NCBI GenBank assembly: GCA_002026015.1
Contig: MWOY01000108.1
Span: 14,925-78,924, forward strand
Direction of reading: 5' to 3'
Length of the DNA stretch: 64,000 nt
Origin: Prochlorococcus sp. HOT208_60m_808G21
GTDB taxonomy: Bacteria; Cyanobacteriota; Cyanobacteriia; PCC-6307; Cyanobiaceae
The position numbers and the translations under genes were made by a program. Shown piece after piece: positions 1-10,802 of this stretch. The notes beneath the pieces were generated by a model. It made no database searches, had not been told where the DNA came from, and worked only from the letters and a program-made list of their open reading frames with translations. Within the stretch, counting starts at the first letter, position 1; the number at the start of each line of letters is the position of its first letter.

Positions 1-169
1 CTCTATAGACATAAGATGTTACCCAAGTAATAACAATCAAAATCAAGATACAACTTGATAGAGTAGTGGCTGTAAAATTATCAATACCAATTTGCGGTGC
101 AAATTTATAACTAATTAATCCTATTAATGAAATAAATAAACCTATTTGTATAACTTTTCCTTTAGTCAA
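1..169 (-). CDS. DUF3007-family membrane protein (5' part; runs off the window edge)
   Basis: Manual translation from TTG at 169: MTKGKVIQIGLFISLIGLISYKFAPQIGIDNFTATTLSSCILILIVITWVTSYVYR; two hydrophobic segments; directly downstream of ndhL as in other cyanobacteria. Confidence 0.7.
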   Translation of the reverse strand, partial: MTKGKVIQIGLFISLIGLISYKFAPQIGIDNFTATTLSSCILILIVITWVTSYVYR

Positions 170-173
170 TTAT

Positions 174-407
174 TTACCCTTTACCACTTCCTTTTAGTCT
201 GAGATTTAAAAATGGAGAAAATAAAATTAAACCTGGAAAGAAAAGAAATACAAGGCCATAAATTCCTAATCTTTCAAATTTACCCATAATATTCCATCTA
301 TTATTCATCCAGTAAAATAGTAACAACGGGATAACAAATAAATAGGTAGAAATAACTCCGATATAAGCAATTAAAGTAACGAATGAATTATTGAAAAAAC
401 TTTCCAT
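174..407 (-). CDS. ndhL: NDH-1 complex subunit L
   Basis: 77 aa, two TM segments, YWMNNRW..MGKFER and [18 protein letters not shown] motifs. Confidence 0.9.
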   Translation of the reverse strand: MESFFNNSFVTLIAYIGVISTYLFVIPLLLFYWMNNRWNIMGKFERLGIYGLVFLFFPGLILFSPFLNLRLKGSGKG

Positions 408-485
408 TTTAATTTATGGTTGCTTAGTTAAAACATAACAACTATTGGAAGTTATCGTCAGAACTAAAAATAAATAATTAAATAA

Positions 486-571
486 TGGGAGTGGGGGGAC
501 TTGAACCCCCACGAGCTAAATCGCTCGACGGATTTTAAGTCCGGCGCGTCTACCAATTCCGCCACACTCCC
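486..571 (-). tRNA. trnL: tRNA-Leu(TAA), no intron
   Basis: Reverse complement GGGAGTGTGGCGGAATTGGTAGACGCGCCGGACTTAAAATCCG...GGGGGTTCAAGTCCCCCCACTCCCA: cloverleaf, TAA anticodon, long variable arm. Confidence 0.96.
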
Positions 572-670
572 AAAGGAATTTGCGCTTTCTAATCGTAGCT
601 GAAAGAAACCCATTTAACCAAGAAAAATTGGAATATTTACACTTTTAATTGTCAGATTAAATCTAATTTT

Positions 671-1720
671 TTAATTTACTATTCCTTCTACTTGCCATTG
701 TAAAGTTTCACCTGCATGAAATGGTTTTATTTGTCCGACAATATTTTTTCCTTCAACAACATCAATATATTCTTTAATTTTGTTAGGTCTAGAAACTAAT
801 TTTAATTTTTCTTTATTTGGTGAGACATTATAAAAATTAGGGCCATTCAAACTTGCAAACTTTTCAAAATTATCTAGAGCATCCTCCTCTTCGAAAACTG
901 TTAAGTAGCTTTCTATTGCTACTGGCGAATTAAAAATGCCTGCACATCCACAAAAAGCCTTCCACTTCCTAAGGTGTGGAGCAGAGTCAGTACCCAAGAA
1001 AAAACATTTTTCCCCACTTGTTGCCGCTCTCCTTAAAGCGAGTCTATTATTTTCCCTCTTGGCAACTGGTAAGCAGTAAAAATCACTATTTAAGCCTCCA
1101 AAAAACATTGCATTTCTATTTATATGCAAATGATGAGGAGTAATAGTAGCCCCAATATTATTTTTTTGCACAAAATCCACTGCGTAAGAGGTGGTTATAT
1201 GTTCTAGAACGATTTTTAATTTTGGAAATCTTTTGGTTATTTGAGAAAGTTCTTTATCTATAAAAACTTCTTCTCTATCGAATACATCTACTTCAGAATC
1301 ATTCACTTCTCCATGAATTAATAGAGGCATTCCAGAATCTTGCATTAATTCAAAGATCTTATATAGATTTTCTATTTTCCTAACTCCATGACTGGAATTT
1401 GTTGTTGCATTAGCAGGATATAATTTTGCTGCAAAAAAAACATTATTTTTAAAACCATTAATTAGTTCCCGTTTATCAGTTTCATCTGTAAGATAAATTG
1501 TCATTAATGGTTCAAACTTAGAACTTTCTGGTAGCGCTTCAACAATAGATTTCCTGTAAGAAATAGCGCTATTGATTGATGTTATGGGACTTTTAGTATT
1601 TGGCATAACAATGGCTCTTCCAAAATATTCCGAAGTAAACTGAATGATATTTTTTAATACAAGACCTTCTCTTAAATGTAAATGCCAATCATCAGGTTTT
1701 ATTATGTTTAAAGTCTTCAA
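671..1720 (-). CDS. pyrC: Dihydroorotase
   Basis: PDDWHLHLR, KLYPANATTNS, FLGTDSAPH motifs. Confidence 0.96.
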   Translation of the reverse strand: MKTLNIIKPDDWHLHLREGLVLKNIIQFTSEYFGRAIVMPNTKSPITSINSAISYRKSIVEALPESSKFEPLMTIYLTDETDKRELINGFKNNVFFAAKLYPANATTNSSHGVRKIENLYKIFELMQDSGMPLLIHGEVNDSEVDVFDREEVFIDKELSQITKRFPKLKIVLEHITTSYAVDFVQKNNIGATITPHHLHINRNAMFFGGLNSDFYCLPVAKRENNRLALRRAATSGEKCFFLGTDSAPHLRKWKAFCGCAGIFNSPVAIESYLTVFEEEDALDNFEKFASLNGPNFYNVSPNKEKLKLVSRPNKIKEYIDVVEGKNIVGQIKPFHAGETLQWQVEGIVN

Positions 1721-1838
1721 AATTTTTTCTATTTAATCAATTTTAACAACAAATTAAAATTGACAATAAATTGTAGATATTCGAGGATAGTTATTAACCA
1801 ATTATGAAAATTTTTATTATCTAAATTAAATCCTAAAT

Positions 1839-2918
1839 ATGAGTGATTTTTTATTTCCAATAATAGAAATATTTTTAGGGGTAGTTCTACTTTTTGCTGG
1901 AGGAGAGTTCTTTATTCAAGGAGCCATATTTTTATCATTAATTTTAGGAATACCTCAAATAGTAATTGGTTTGACAGTTGTTTCTCTTGGAACAAGCTCT
2001 CCTGAGTTGTTGGTAAGTTTGAGTTCAATTTTAAAAGGCAGTGATTCGCTTGCGGCAAGCAATGTAATTGGAAGCAATATTTTTAATGTTCTCGTTGTTT
2101 TGGGCATAAGCTCATTGATAACACCTCTTAAAGTAAAAAGCAGAATAGTCAGAAGAGATGTGCCTCTTTTAATGGCAATTTCTTGTGCAGTTTGGGCTAT
2201 GTCATCAACTGGCTTATTAACATTGCAAGCAGGGATATTTCTAATATTTTGTTTAATCTTAAATACAATATGGGAAATCAATACCATCAATGAGAAAGGA
2301 GAGGAGACAAAAGATGCTGAACCAGAGATAGAAGAATTTAAAGATAACCATAAAGGGAAAATGAATATTTTACTAAAGTTAATATTGGGGATATTTCTTT
2401 TAAGCTTTGGTTCAAATATTTTAGTAAATGGTTCTCAAACGCTCGCTACTCTTTTGGGCGTAAATGAAATTGTTATTGGTTTAACTATCGTCGCAACTGG
2501 GACATCTTTACCAGAATTAGTAACTTCAATAATTGCTGCATTTAAAGGCAAAACAGATCTTGCGATTGGGAATGTAATAGGAAGTAATTTACTCAACCAA
2601 CTTTTAATCCTTGGAAGTTGCAGTATTTTTTCAGGATTTAAAGGTTTAGTAATTGAACAGAGTCTAATAAAAGTTGACTTACCTTTTATGGTTTTAACTA
2701 CCTTTGCATGCTTACCAATTTTCTGGAGCAAAGGGAAAATCACAAGAATTGAAGGATTTATTTTGCTTAATCTTTATATTTTCTACATTCTCGATAAGAT
2801 ACTTTTCCTGAATGAATTTAACTTCCTTTCTGAATTAAGGATAGGTTTATTTATTTACTTTGCCTTTCTTATAATGTTTCTGATTGTTCAAGAAAAATTA
2901 AAATTTTCTAAATCATAA
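1839..2918 (+). CDS. Ca2+/Na+ antiporter (CaCA/YrbG family)
   Basis: Two alpha repeats GTSSPEL / GTSLPEL each followed by NVIGSN; multiple TM segments. Confidence 0.9.
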   Translation: MSDFLFPIIEIFLGVVLLFAGGEFFIQGAIFLSLILGIPQIVIGLTVVSLGTSSPELLVSLSSILKGSDSLAASNVIGSNIFNVLVVLGISSLITPLKVKSRIVRRDVPLLMAISCAVWAMSSTGLLTLQAGIFLIFCLILNTIWEINTINEKGEETKDAEPEIEEFKDNHKGKMNILLKLILGIFLLSFGSNILVNGSQTLATLLGVNEIVIGLTIVATGTSLPELVTSIIAAFKGKTDLAIGNVIGSNLLNQLLILGSCSIFSGFKGLVIEQSLIKVDLPFMVLTTFACLPIFWSKGKITRIEGFILLNLYIFYILDKILFLNEFNFLSELRIGLFIYFAFLIMFLIVQEKLKFSKS

Positions 2919-2920
2919 TT

Positions 2921-4285
2921 TTATCCATACATAGTCACAAATTCTTCTGAGATAGTTGGGTGCAAGGCCATTGTAATATCAAAGTCTTTTTTTGTTATCC
3001 CTGCATTTAATGAAATTGATACCATTTGAATAATCTCAGACGATGTTTCTCCAAACATATGACATCCTAGGACTTTGTCAGTTAGCTTATGAACTACAAT
3101 CTTCAACATACATTTTGATTTATTCTTTTTAAAGGTATTAGACATAGGGGTAAATTTGCATTTGAAAATTTTTATATTTTTTTCAGAGTAAATCTCTTTA
3201 GCTCTTTTCTCACTTAAGCCAACTGTTGAAATTTCTGGAATAGTAAAAACTGCCTTAGGGATATATTCATAATTTACTTTTCTTTTTTGATCATTAAAAA
3301 AATTATCCGAAAAAACTCTCCCTTGTTCTATTGCTACTGGAGTTAAGTTTGGCTTATTTATTATATCGCCAACTGCAAAAATATTTGCGTTGCTTGTTTG
3401 ATTAAGTTCATCGACATCTAAATATTGACCATCCATCTTTAGATTTAAAAAATCTAAATTTAAAGGCAAAAGATTTGGTTCTCTTCCTGTAGCAATAAGA
3501 ATATTATTAGTTACGAGTCTGTCTCCCGAGTCTAAGGTAGATTCCAGATTTCCATTTTCTTTCTTGATAGACTTTAATTGAGTATTGGAGATTATATTGA
3601 TTTCAGTAAAAGTAGGTGATTCCTCTAGGCATGAAGAAAGATCCTCATCAAAACCATTAAGTAAATGTTGACCTCTAATTAATTGAGTTACTTCAGTACC
3701 TAAATTTCTGAAAATAGAAGCAAATTCACAAGCAATATATCCACCTCCTACTATTAATATTGATTTGGGAAACTTTTCTAATTCAAAAATATCATCACTA
3801 GTCCATGCCAAATCTGCCCCAGGAATATTTAATTTCTTTGGTTTACCTCCAACTGAAATAAGAATTTTTTTTGAACTTATTTTGTTTTTAATTTTCTTTG
3901 TTTTTGAACAAATAATTTGTAATTCATTTTGAGTAATAAATCTTCCTAAGCCTTCAAAAATAGTTATATTCAACTTTTTTAAAGAATTTCTATGTAAATT
4001 ACTTAATCTAGAAACCTCCTCCCTAACATTCTTCAACAAAATATTTGATTCAAAATTAATACCTTCATTTTTTAATCCATATCCTTCAGAAGAATCCATA
4101 TTTTTTTTACTTTTAGCTGCGTAAACCATTAATTTCTTGGGAACACATCCCCTTAACACACAAGTTCCTCCTATTTGATTTGCTTCTATGATTGCGACTT
4201 TTGCTCCATAACTAGCCGCACGTTTAGCCGCCGCGAGTCCTCCAGATCCAGCCCCAACAACAACTAAGTCAAATTCAAATTCCAA
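2921..4285 (-). CDS. gor: Glutathione reductase
   Basis: GAGSGG FAD site, GGTCVLRGCVPKK redox disulfide, C-terminal HPTISEE. Confidence 0.93.
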   Translation of the reverse strand: MEFEFDLVVVGAGSGGLAAAKRAASYGAKVAIIEANQIGGTCVLRGCVPKKLMVYAAKSKKNMDSSEGYGLKNEGINFESNILLKNVREEVSRLSNLHRNSLKKLNITIFEGLGRFITQNELQIICSKTKKIKNKISSKKILISVGGKPKKLNIPGADLAWTSDDIFELEKFPKSILIVGGGYIACEFASIFRNLGTEVTQLIRGQHLLNGFDEDLSSCLEESPTFTEINIISNTQLKSIKKENGNLESTLDSGDRLVTNNILIATGREPNLLPLNLDFLNLKMDGQYLDVDELNQTSNANIFAVGDIINKPNLTPVAIEQGRVFSDNFFNDQKRKVNYEYIPKAVFTIPEISTVGLSEKRAKEIYSEKNIKIFKCKFTPMSNTFKKNKSKCMLKIVVHKLTDKVLGCHMFGETSSEIIQMVSISLNAGITKKDFDITMALHPTISEEFVTMYG

Positions 4286-4337
4286 GATTTTTTTTAATCA
4301 ATTATTATAACGTTAGTTTATAGCTTTAATTCAAATA

Positions 4338-5573
4338 ATGAATGGGATTTTGACATGGGATGATTTAAATAAATTTGAAGTTGAAGATCTTGATAGAGTC
4401 CATGGTATAAATAATTCTTACGCAAATTTAAGATTATTTGGACAAAGTGAAAATGATGTATTAGTTACCCTCTATAGGGATAGGCATTCTTGGTGTCCTT
4501 ACTGTCAGAAAATATGGTTATGGCTTGAATTTAAGAAAATTCCATACAGAGTCAAGAAAATAAATATGTTTTGCTACGGCCAAAAAGAAAGTTGGTTCCT
4601 TGAAAAAGTCAGATCGGGGAAATTACCTGCAATTGAATTTAAAGGGCAAGTTATAACTGAAAGCGACGATATCATAGCTTTTTTAGAAAATGAATTTGGA
4701 GCACTTGGATCTTTCATAACATCTAGTCACCTCATCAAAATTCGAGAGTTAGAAAGAGAAATTTTCAGATCCTGGTGTAATTGGCTCTGCCGAGAAAGCT
4801 TTAATTTTATAGATAACTCTTTTAGAAAAAAAAGATTTAAAGAATCCATTTCTAAACTCGATGAAATCTTAAGTAGTTCAAAATCAGGGTTTCTTGATCC
4901 ATCAGTTTCTAACACGGGTAATATAGAGCCTGGTGTTGGAGATATAATTTTTATTCCCTATATGGAGAGAATGAATGCATCACTTATTTATTATAAAGGG
5001 TTTAATTTAAGATCTAATTATCTTCATGTTGATAACTGGCTTACCCTTTTTGAGGGGTCAAGTGCTTATAGAGGCACTCAAGGAGATTTTCATACTCATT
5101 CTCATGATTTACCCCCACAAATGGGAGGATGCTATAAAGAAAGCAATGAACAACAGATTACCTTCTCTAAGCTAATAGATACTGGAGAGGGTTTAGGTAA
5201 TTATGAATTAAACCAAAATTATGAAAAAAAATATTATGCAACAATTGCTCTAAAAAGAGTGATAAAGCATAAAGACAATTTACTTAAGGTAAACCCATAC
5301 AATAAAGAATCCTTTGACGAATCATTGAGATCAGCTTTGAGCTATATGATCACAGGTGAAGTATTAATCCCTAAAAAACTTTCAGGAATCTCTCTAAGAT
5401 ATTTAAAAAACAGAATCTCAGTTCCAAGAGATATGCCAATTATTTCAGCAAGGTTATTAAGGCAATCATTAAATAAAATTGAATCGCTTAGTAACATCAA
5501 TGAAATAGATAAGATACCTTTTAGGCATAGATATGATCAAGATCCTATAAATTTCATTTCTAGTTATAAGTAA
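4338..5573 (+). CDS. Glutathione S-transferase family protein
   Basis: WCPYCQK N-terminal motif, GKLP and TESDDI GST signature; divergent from gor. Confidence 0.8.
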   Translation: MNGILTWDDLNKFEVEDLDRVHGINNSYANLRLFGQSENDVLVTLYRDRHSWCPYCQKIWLWLEFKKIPYRVKKINMFCYGQKESWFLEKVRSGKLPAIEFKGQVITESDDIIAFLENEFGALGSFITSSHLIKIRELEREIFRSWCNWLCRESFNFIDNSFRKKRFKESISKLDEILSSSKSGFLDPSVSNTGNIEPGVGDIIFIPYMERMNASLIYYKGFNLRSNYLHVDNWLTLFEGSSAYRGTQGDFHTHSHDLPPQMGGCYKESNEQQITFSKLIDTGEGLGNYELNQNYEKKYYATIALKRVIKHKDNLLKVNPYNKESFDESLRSALSYMITGEVLIPKKLSGISLRYLKNRISVPRDMPIISARLLRQSLNKIESLSNINEIDKIPFRHRYDQDPINFISSYK

Positions 5574-5575
5574 AA

Positions 5576-6970
5576 CTATAAATTTTTTCTTGAATCTATT
5601 TGAAGTAAATCCCTTATTTTTTGAACTTGACTTGCAATATTTGGATCAATAGATAATTTTTTTTCAACTTGTTCAATAGCATACATAACTGTTGTATGGT
5701 CCTTACCCCCAAACTCATCTCCAATTCTTGGTAGGCTTAGATCCGTACCATGTCTCATAAGATACATACCTATTTGTCTAGCTTGACTTACTGGTTTTCT
5801 CCTACTTGAACTGATCAATTCATCAGTAGAAACTTTAAAGAAATCTGACACTTTATTAATAACTTGTTTTGGAGTAACAACTACACCAACACTATTAGGA
5901 TCAAGCATTGGAGCAATTGATTGAACTGTCATTGGCAAGCCTGTTATTGAGGCAAATGCAACAGCTCTAGTAAATGCTCCTTCCAATTCTCGAATATTCG
6001 AAGTGAATCTTCCTGCTATAAATTGAATTAAATCTCTTGGAAGACTCATCCTCTCTTGTTCTGCCTTTTTTTGAAGGATGGCTGTCCTCGTCTCAAGATC
6101 AGGTGGTTGAATATCTGCGGTCATACCCATTGAGAACCTAGAAATTAATCTCTCTTGAATTCCCGACAATTGATTTGGTGGTCTGTCACTTGCAATAACT
6201 ATTTGACTTCCTGATTCGTGAAGTGCGTTAAAAGTATGAAAGAATTCTTCCTGTGTATACTCTTTGCCTTCTAAGAACTGTATATCGTCTATTAAAATCA
6301 AATCTACATTTCTATATTTATCTCGAATAGCTGTCATTCCATCTCTTCGAATACCACTAATAACATCATTAGTAAAAGTTTCTGTAGATACATATTTAAC
6401 TTTTGCTTCTGGATCTATTTCTACTCGATAATGACCTATTGCTTGCATTAAATGAGTCTTACCAAGACCTACTCCTCCACAAATAAATAATGGATTGAAT
6501 TCTCTCCCGGGAGATTCGGCAACGGCTAAAGCTGCGGCATGGGCCAACCTACTATTAGGACCTACAACAAATCTTTTAAATACGTAGCGTAAATTTAAAC
6601 CATTAGGATTTTTGAATTGATTTTTTGAAGAATTATTTTGGTTATTACTAGAAAAAGATCTTGTTTTATGATGAACATTCTGTTCGTTAGCTTTATCTTC
6701 ATTTGTTAAATCGCTGCTGGTATTCGTTTCAGATTTAAAAACAACTTTTACATCATGACCGCAGATTTCCTTCGCAGCTTTTTCAATAGTTTCACAATAA
6801 TTCTTTCTCAACCAATCACTAGAAAATGTATTTGGGGCGATTAAAGTTAATAAGCCATTTTCAAAACAATTGAACTTAGCAGGCCTTATCCACGTCTCAA
6901 AAGAAGGCTTACTTAAAGTTTTTTGGAGTGATTGTTGAACTTCCGCCCAAATAGGATTAATTGCTTGCAA
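5576..6970 (-). CDS. dnaA: Chromosomal replication initiator DnaA
   Basis: [16 protein letters not shown] Walker [19 protein letters not shown] domain IV. Confidence 0.98.
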   Translation of the reverse strand: MQAINPIWAEVQQSLQKTLSKPSFETWIRPAKFNCFENGLLTLIAPNTFSSDWLRKNYCETIEKAAKEICGHDVKVVFKSETNTSSDLTNEDKANEQNVHHKTRSFSSNNQNNSSKNQFKNPNGLNLRYVFKRFVVGPNSRLAHAAALAVAESPGREFNPLFICGGVGLGKTHLMQAIGHYRVEIDPEAKVKYVSTETFTNDVISGIRRDGMTAIRDKYRNVDLILIDDIQFLEGKEYTQEEFFHTFNALHESGSQIVIASDRPPNQLSGIQERLISRFSMGMTADIQPPDLETRTAILQKKAEQERMSLPRDLIQFIAGRFTSNIRELEGAFTRAVAFASITGLPMTVQSIAPMLDPNSVGVVVTPKQVINKVSDFFKVSTDELISSSRRKPVSQARQIGMYLMRHGTDLSLPRIGDEFGGKDHTTVMYAIEQVEKKLSIDPNIASQVQKIRDLLQIDSRKNL

Positions 6971-7138
6971 AATTTTATTCTCTAGATTATTAATCTAGTT
7001 GGAATTTAATAATTGGCCATTATCAAATCACAAGATCACGACAAATTTAAAATTACTTAACAAAGTATCGACTAAATTTATAAAAATAAATTTTTATTTT
7101 TTAATAGGCATATAATTATTTTAAATTTCACTAAATTA

Positions 7139-7774
7139 TTGGATAAAGCATTACTTATTATCATGGCGAAATGGCATGGTTTTGGAAGATGCAAAACAAG
7201 ATTATCAAAAGATATAGGTAAAAGTAATTCGGCGAAAATACAAAGTGTAATGACCAAACACACAATTTCAGTCGCAAAATTTCTTCAAAAAAATAAACTG
7301 CTTGATATTTCTATTGCCATTACTGGTTTGGGAGTAGGGAATTGTAGAAAATGGTCTAGAGAATTAGGCATCAAAAAATTTAATTTGCAGGGGAAAGGCT
7401 GCTTGGGAGAAAAAATGAAACGGCAAATCATTTTCAACAAAAAATTCTGTGCAAGGCATAAGATCAAAAATATTATTTTTATTGGTACTGACCTTCCAGA
7501 TTTATGCCATCAAGATTTATTGAATACTCTAAAAGAGCTTCAACATAATGATCTTATTTTAGGACCATCTAACGATGGAGGATATTGGCTTATCGGTTTA
7601 TCAGAAAAAATAATGTTATCACATACATATTTACCTTTTATCAACATAAAGTGGGGGACAGAAAATGTTCTTCAAAATACAATTGATAATTTTGCTTCTA
7701 AAAAATTAAAATATAAGTTTTTAGATAAAAAAATAGATATAGATACAATTATTGATATTGAAAATAGAAAATAA
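7139..7774 (+). CDS. TIGR04282/DUF2064-like transferase
   Basis: AK....G.CKTRL, QGKGCLGEKM, IGTDLPDL, LGPSNDGGYWLIGL, DIDT motifs. Confidence 0.8.
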   Translation: MDKALLIIMAKWHGFGRCKTRLSKDIGKSNSAKIQSVMTKHTISVAKFLQKNKLLDISIAITGLGVGNCRKWSRELGIKKFNLQGKGCLGEKMKRQIIFNKKFCARHKIKNIIFIGTDLPDLCHQDLLNTLKELQHNDLILGPSNDGGYWLIGLSEKIMLSHTYLPFINIKWGTENVLQNTIDNFASKKLKYKFLDKKIDIDTIIDIENRK

Positions 7775-7779
7775 TCGAC

Positions 7780-8463
7780 TTGTCAAAAATTTCAATTATC
7801 ATTCCAACTATTAATGAAGCTAGTAATTTGCCATTATTGCTTTCAGACTTATCAAGTATTCAGAAAGAGGGCGAAATCATAATTGTTGATTCTGGAAGTG
7901 AAGATAAAACTATCGATGTAGCAAATATTTATGGAGCGAAAGTATTTATATCCAAAGAAAGGAATCGAGGTTTACAATTAGATATTGGAGCTAAAAATTC
8001 AAAAGGGGAGTGGCTCATTTTTTTACATGCAGACACAAGATTAACTCATGATTGGTTTAAAAAAATAAATTCATTTTTAAAGGTAAACAAAAATAGTATT
8101 TACTATTTTGAATTCAAAATTAATCACAAAAAGATAATTTATAGAGTTCTCGAAATTCTCGTGAATTTTAGAAGTAAATTTTTTAAACAACCTTATGGTG
8201 ATCAAGGTTTGATAATTCACAGAACTACATACTTTAAGAATAATGGTTTTAGAAAAATACCTTTGATGGAAGATGTAGATTTTTTAAGGAGATTAAACAA
8301 AAAAAAAGATTTAAAACAATTAAATTTACCTATTTTTATAAGTTCAAGAAAATGGGAAGGAACTAATATTTTTCTCCAAGCAATTAAGAACTGGCAATTA
8401 AGAAGAAGATGGTTAAAAGGCGAATCGTTAAAATCTATATATTCTGACTACTACAAAAAATGA
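7780..8463 (+). CDS. GT2 glycosyltransferase (TIGR04283-like)
   Basis: ISIIIPTINE, VDSGSED, FLHADT, PYGDQG, PLMEDV, SSRKW. Confidence 0.85.
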   Translation: MSKISIIIPTINEASNLPLLLSDLSSIQKEGEIIIVDSGSEDKTIDVANIYGAKVFISKERNRGLQLDIGAKNSKGEWLIFLHADTRLTHDWFKKINSFLKVNKNSIYYFEFKINHKKIIYRVLEILVNFRSKFFKQPYGDQGLIIHRTTYFKNNGFRKIPLMEDVDFLRRLNKKKDLKQLNLPIFISSRKWEGTNIFLQAIKNWQLRRRWLKGESLKSIYSDYYKK

Positions 8464-8994
8464 TTAATTTGCATACCAAAAAGCACATTTAGAGCCTCTA
8501 GGTTCTAATGTCCAACCTTGTCTTTTATAAAATGAAACCACTTCGGCATCAGCAAAAAGGGTTACTTTAGAAATTCCAATATTTTTCAATTCTTTTAGGA
8601 CATATTTCATTAACTCTTTACCCAATCCAAGTCCTTGATAGACAGGGTTAATAGCCACATCCCAAACTGTTGCTTCTAGAATTCCATCACCAGTGCATCT
8701 TGCAAAACCTACTAGTCTGGGAAATTTATCATCGTGACGCCATAACCCAACCACCAAAATACTGAAATCTAAAGCTCTTTTTACCCTCCTTATAGGTCTT
8801 CTGCTCCAACCAACAGTTTGCAAAAGTTGGTCTAGTTCTATTAGATCTAAGTCTTTATTTTTACTACATACAAATATTTCTTCTTTATTTGTTTGAGTGA
8901 ACTCATAAGAATTTAAACCATAGAGATCTATCAGCTCTTCCCTTGATAAAGTGCTTGATTTTTTTATTAACGATCCTTGGTTCCTAAAAATCAT
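8464..8994 (-). CDS. GNAT acetyltransferase (Ycf52/NSI-like)
   Basis: GFARCTGDG, WDVAINPVYQGLGLG acetyl-CoA motif, FYKRQGW. Confidence 0.88.
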   Translation of the reverse strand: MIFRNQGSLIKKSSTLSREELIDLYGLNSYEFTQTNKEEIFVCSKNKDLDLIELDQLLQTVGWSRRPIRRVKRALDFSILVVGLWRHDDKFPRLVGFARCTGDGILEATVWDVAINPVYQGLGLGKELMKYVLKELKNIGISKVTLFADAEVVSFYKRQGWTLEPRGSKCAFWYAN

Positions 8995-10790
8995 TAAAAA
9001 TTCACGAATCCTTTTTGTTGAAGCTCAGAGAGCTGAAAATATAAACCCTTTTTCAGTCTTAATTCACTATGTGTTCCCTCCTCAACTAATGATCCCCCTT
9101 TCAAGACTAAAATCTTATCAGAACTCTCAATAGTTGCTAATCTGTGAGCTATTACTAATGCTGTTCTTTTTGACAGAATTCTCTCAAGATCCTTCTGCAA
9201 AGTAGCCTCTGTTGAGGGATCCATAAACGCTGTTGCCTCGTCCATTATTAAAACAACAGGATTTCTAATCGCTACTCGAGCTACGGAAAGAAGTTGTCTC
9301 TCTCCAGAAGAGAGATTTCCCCCTCTTTCTCTTAGTGAGGTGTTCAAACCTTCTGGTAATTTTTTTAACAAATTATCTAACCCTAATTCGTAACAAAGAT
9401 TTTCTAATTCAAGATTGTCTATATTCGCATTAAGTTTTAAATTATCTGCGACATTGCCACTAAAGATAAAGGTATCTTGCAAAACTACTCCCAACATATT
9501 CCTAAGAGTTGCAATAGGAATATCTTTGATATCTATATCATCGATTAAAATTTGACCCGATTGAGGTTCATATAATCTACACAATAGTCTTATTATGGTC
9601 GTCTTACCTGAACCAGTTGGGCCTACAAAAGCCACATGCTCTCCTGGATTAATCTTGAAAGATAAATTTTTTAAAATATGTTCACCTGCGTTGTAGAAAA
9701 AATTAACATTCTTGAACTCAATTTTGCCCTTAAATTGTTTATTTACATTTTTAGCATTTTCTAAAAAATGTTTTGCGGAAGTAGAGTCCTTAATCTGTAT
9801 TTCTTCATCCAATAATTCGTTTATTCTTTCTACAGCTGTTAAACCTCCTTGTATTTGAGTAAATCTTTCCGCAAGCTGCCTTAAAGGTTCAAAAAGTCTT
9901 TGAGAATATAAAATAAAAGTTGTTAATGTTCCTAAACCAATATTTCCAGAAGTAACAAGATATCCTCCAACCGCCAAAACCAAGGAAACTGCAGCAAGAG
10001 AAATCCATTCTATAAACGCCGAAATACTACTGTCATAAAATATTGTTCCATTAACTGCTTTCTTATAAGCAATTCCAGTTTTGGAAAATTTCTTGCTATT
10101 AAAAGCCTCTCTTCTGAACATCTGAACGACTTCTAAACCTTGAAGATTCTCTTGAAAATCAGAGTTTAGTTGAGACAATTCTTCCCTTACTTGATAATTG
10201 GCTCTTCTGTAACGTTTTTGAAGCCAGATAATAAAATATGAAACTGGGATTTGAGTCAAAAGTAATAAAATGGCAAGCCCCCGATCAATTGACAACATTG
10301 TCAAAGAGATTACTATCAGACTAACGAAGTCAGCAATGACTCCAACTGCCCCACTACCAAAAACCTCGGCTAAAGCATCAACATCATTTGTTAATCTTGT
10401 TAATAATTTCCCCACAGGCATTTTATCGTGATATTTAAGGGATAAAGATATTGAATGATCAAACAGTTCTCTTCTTATTCTTGCTGTCAAGCGTTGTCCT
10501 ACTGCTTGGATATTGTAAGTTTGATATCCCTGCAGAACTAATCTGAATACAACAGTTATAAATAAAGTTACGATAATGGCATTTATCGACTGCCCAAAGA
10601 AAGTTTTACTTAGCCAAACATCTGTAGTTTCGTTCTTTAGAATAGTAATTGCTTGACCAACTAATAATGGTTGAATAGCTCCAGAGAAAGAAACAGGTAA
10701 CAAAACTATCAAGATTAGATAGATTGTTTTTTTATCTTTAGTTAAATATTTACCTAACTTTTTAATCCTTCTAAAATCTTTAAAAAACAT
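8994..10790 (-). CDS. ABC exporter, fused TMD+NBD (MdlB-like)
   Basis: GPTGSGKTT, LSSGERQ, MDEAT, IAHRL; N-terminal TM domain. Confidence 0.93.
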   Translation of the reverse strand: MFFKDFRRIKKLGKYLTKDKKTIYLILIVLLPVSFSGAIQPLLVGQAITILKNETTDVWLSKTFFGQSINAIIVTLFITVVFRLVLQGYQTYNIQAVGQRLTARIRRELFDHSISLSLKYHDKMPVGKLLTRLTNDVDALAEVFGSGAVGVIADFVSLIVISLTMLSIDRGLAILLLLTQIPVSYFIIWLQKRYRRANYQVREELSQLNSDFQENLQGLEVVQMFRREAFNSKKFSKTGIAYKKAVNGTIFYDSSISAFIEWISLAAVSLVLAVGGYLVTSGNIGLGTLTTFILYSQRLFEPLRQLAERFTQIQGGLTAVERINELLDEEIQIKDSTSAKHFLENAKNVNKQFKGKIEFKNVNFFYNAGEHILKNLSFKINPGEHVAFVGPTGSGKTTIIRLLCRLYEPQSGQILIDDIDIKDIPIATLRNMLGVVLQDTFIFSGNVADNLKLNANIDNLELENLCYELGLDNLLKKLPEGLNTSLRERGGNLSSGERQLLSVARVAIRNPVVLIMDEATAFMDPSTEATLQKDLERILSKRTALVIAHRLATIESSDKILVLKGGSLVEEGTHSELRLKKGLYFQLSELQQKGFVNF

Positions 10791-10802
10791 TTAGCTAATC
10801 TT

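Noticed and set aside
486-571. Group I intron or island insertion at tRNA-Leu(UAA)
   Set aside because: The anticodon loop is uninterrupted; no duplicated tRNA 3' end or adjacent integrase was seen
5576-7138. oriC next to dnaA
   Set aside because: No DnaA-box cluster seen in either flank, and dnaN is not adjacent
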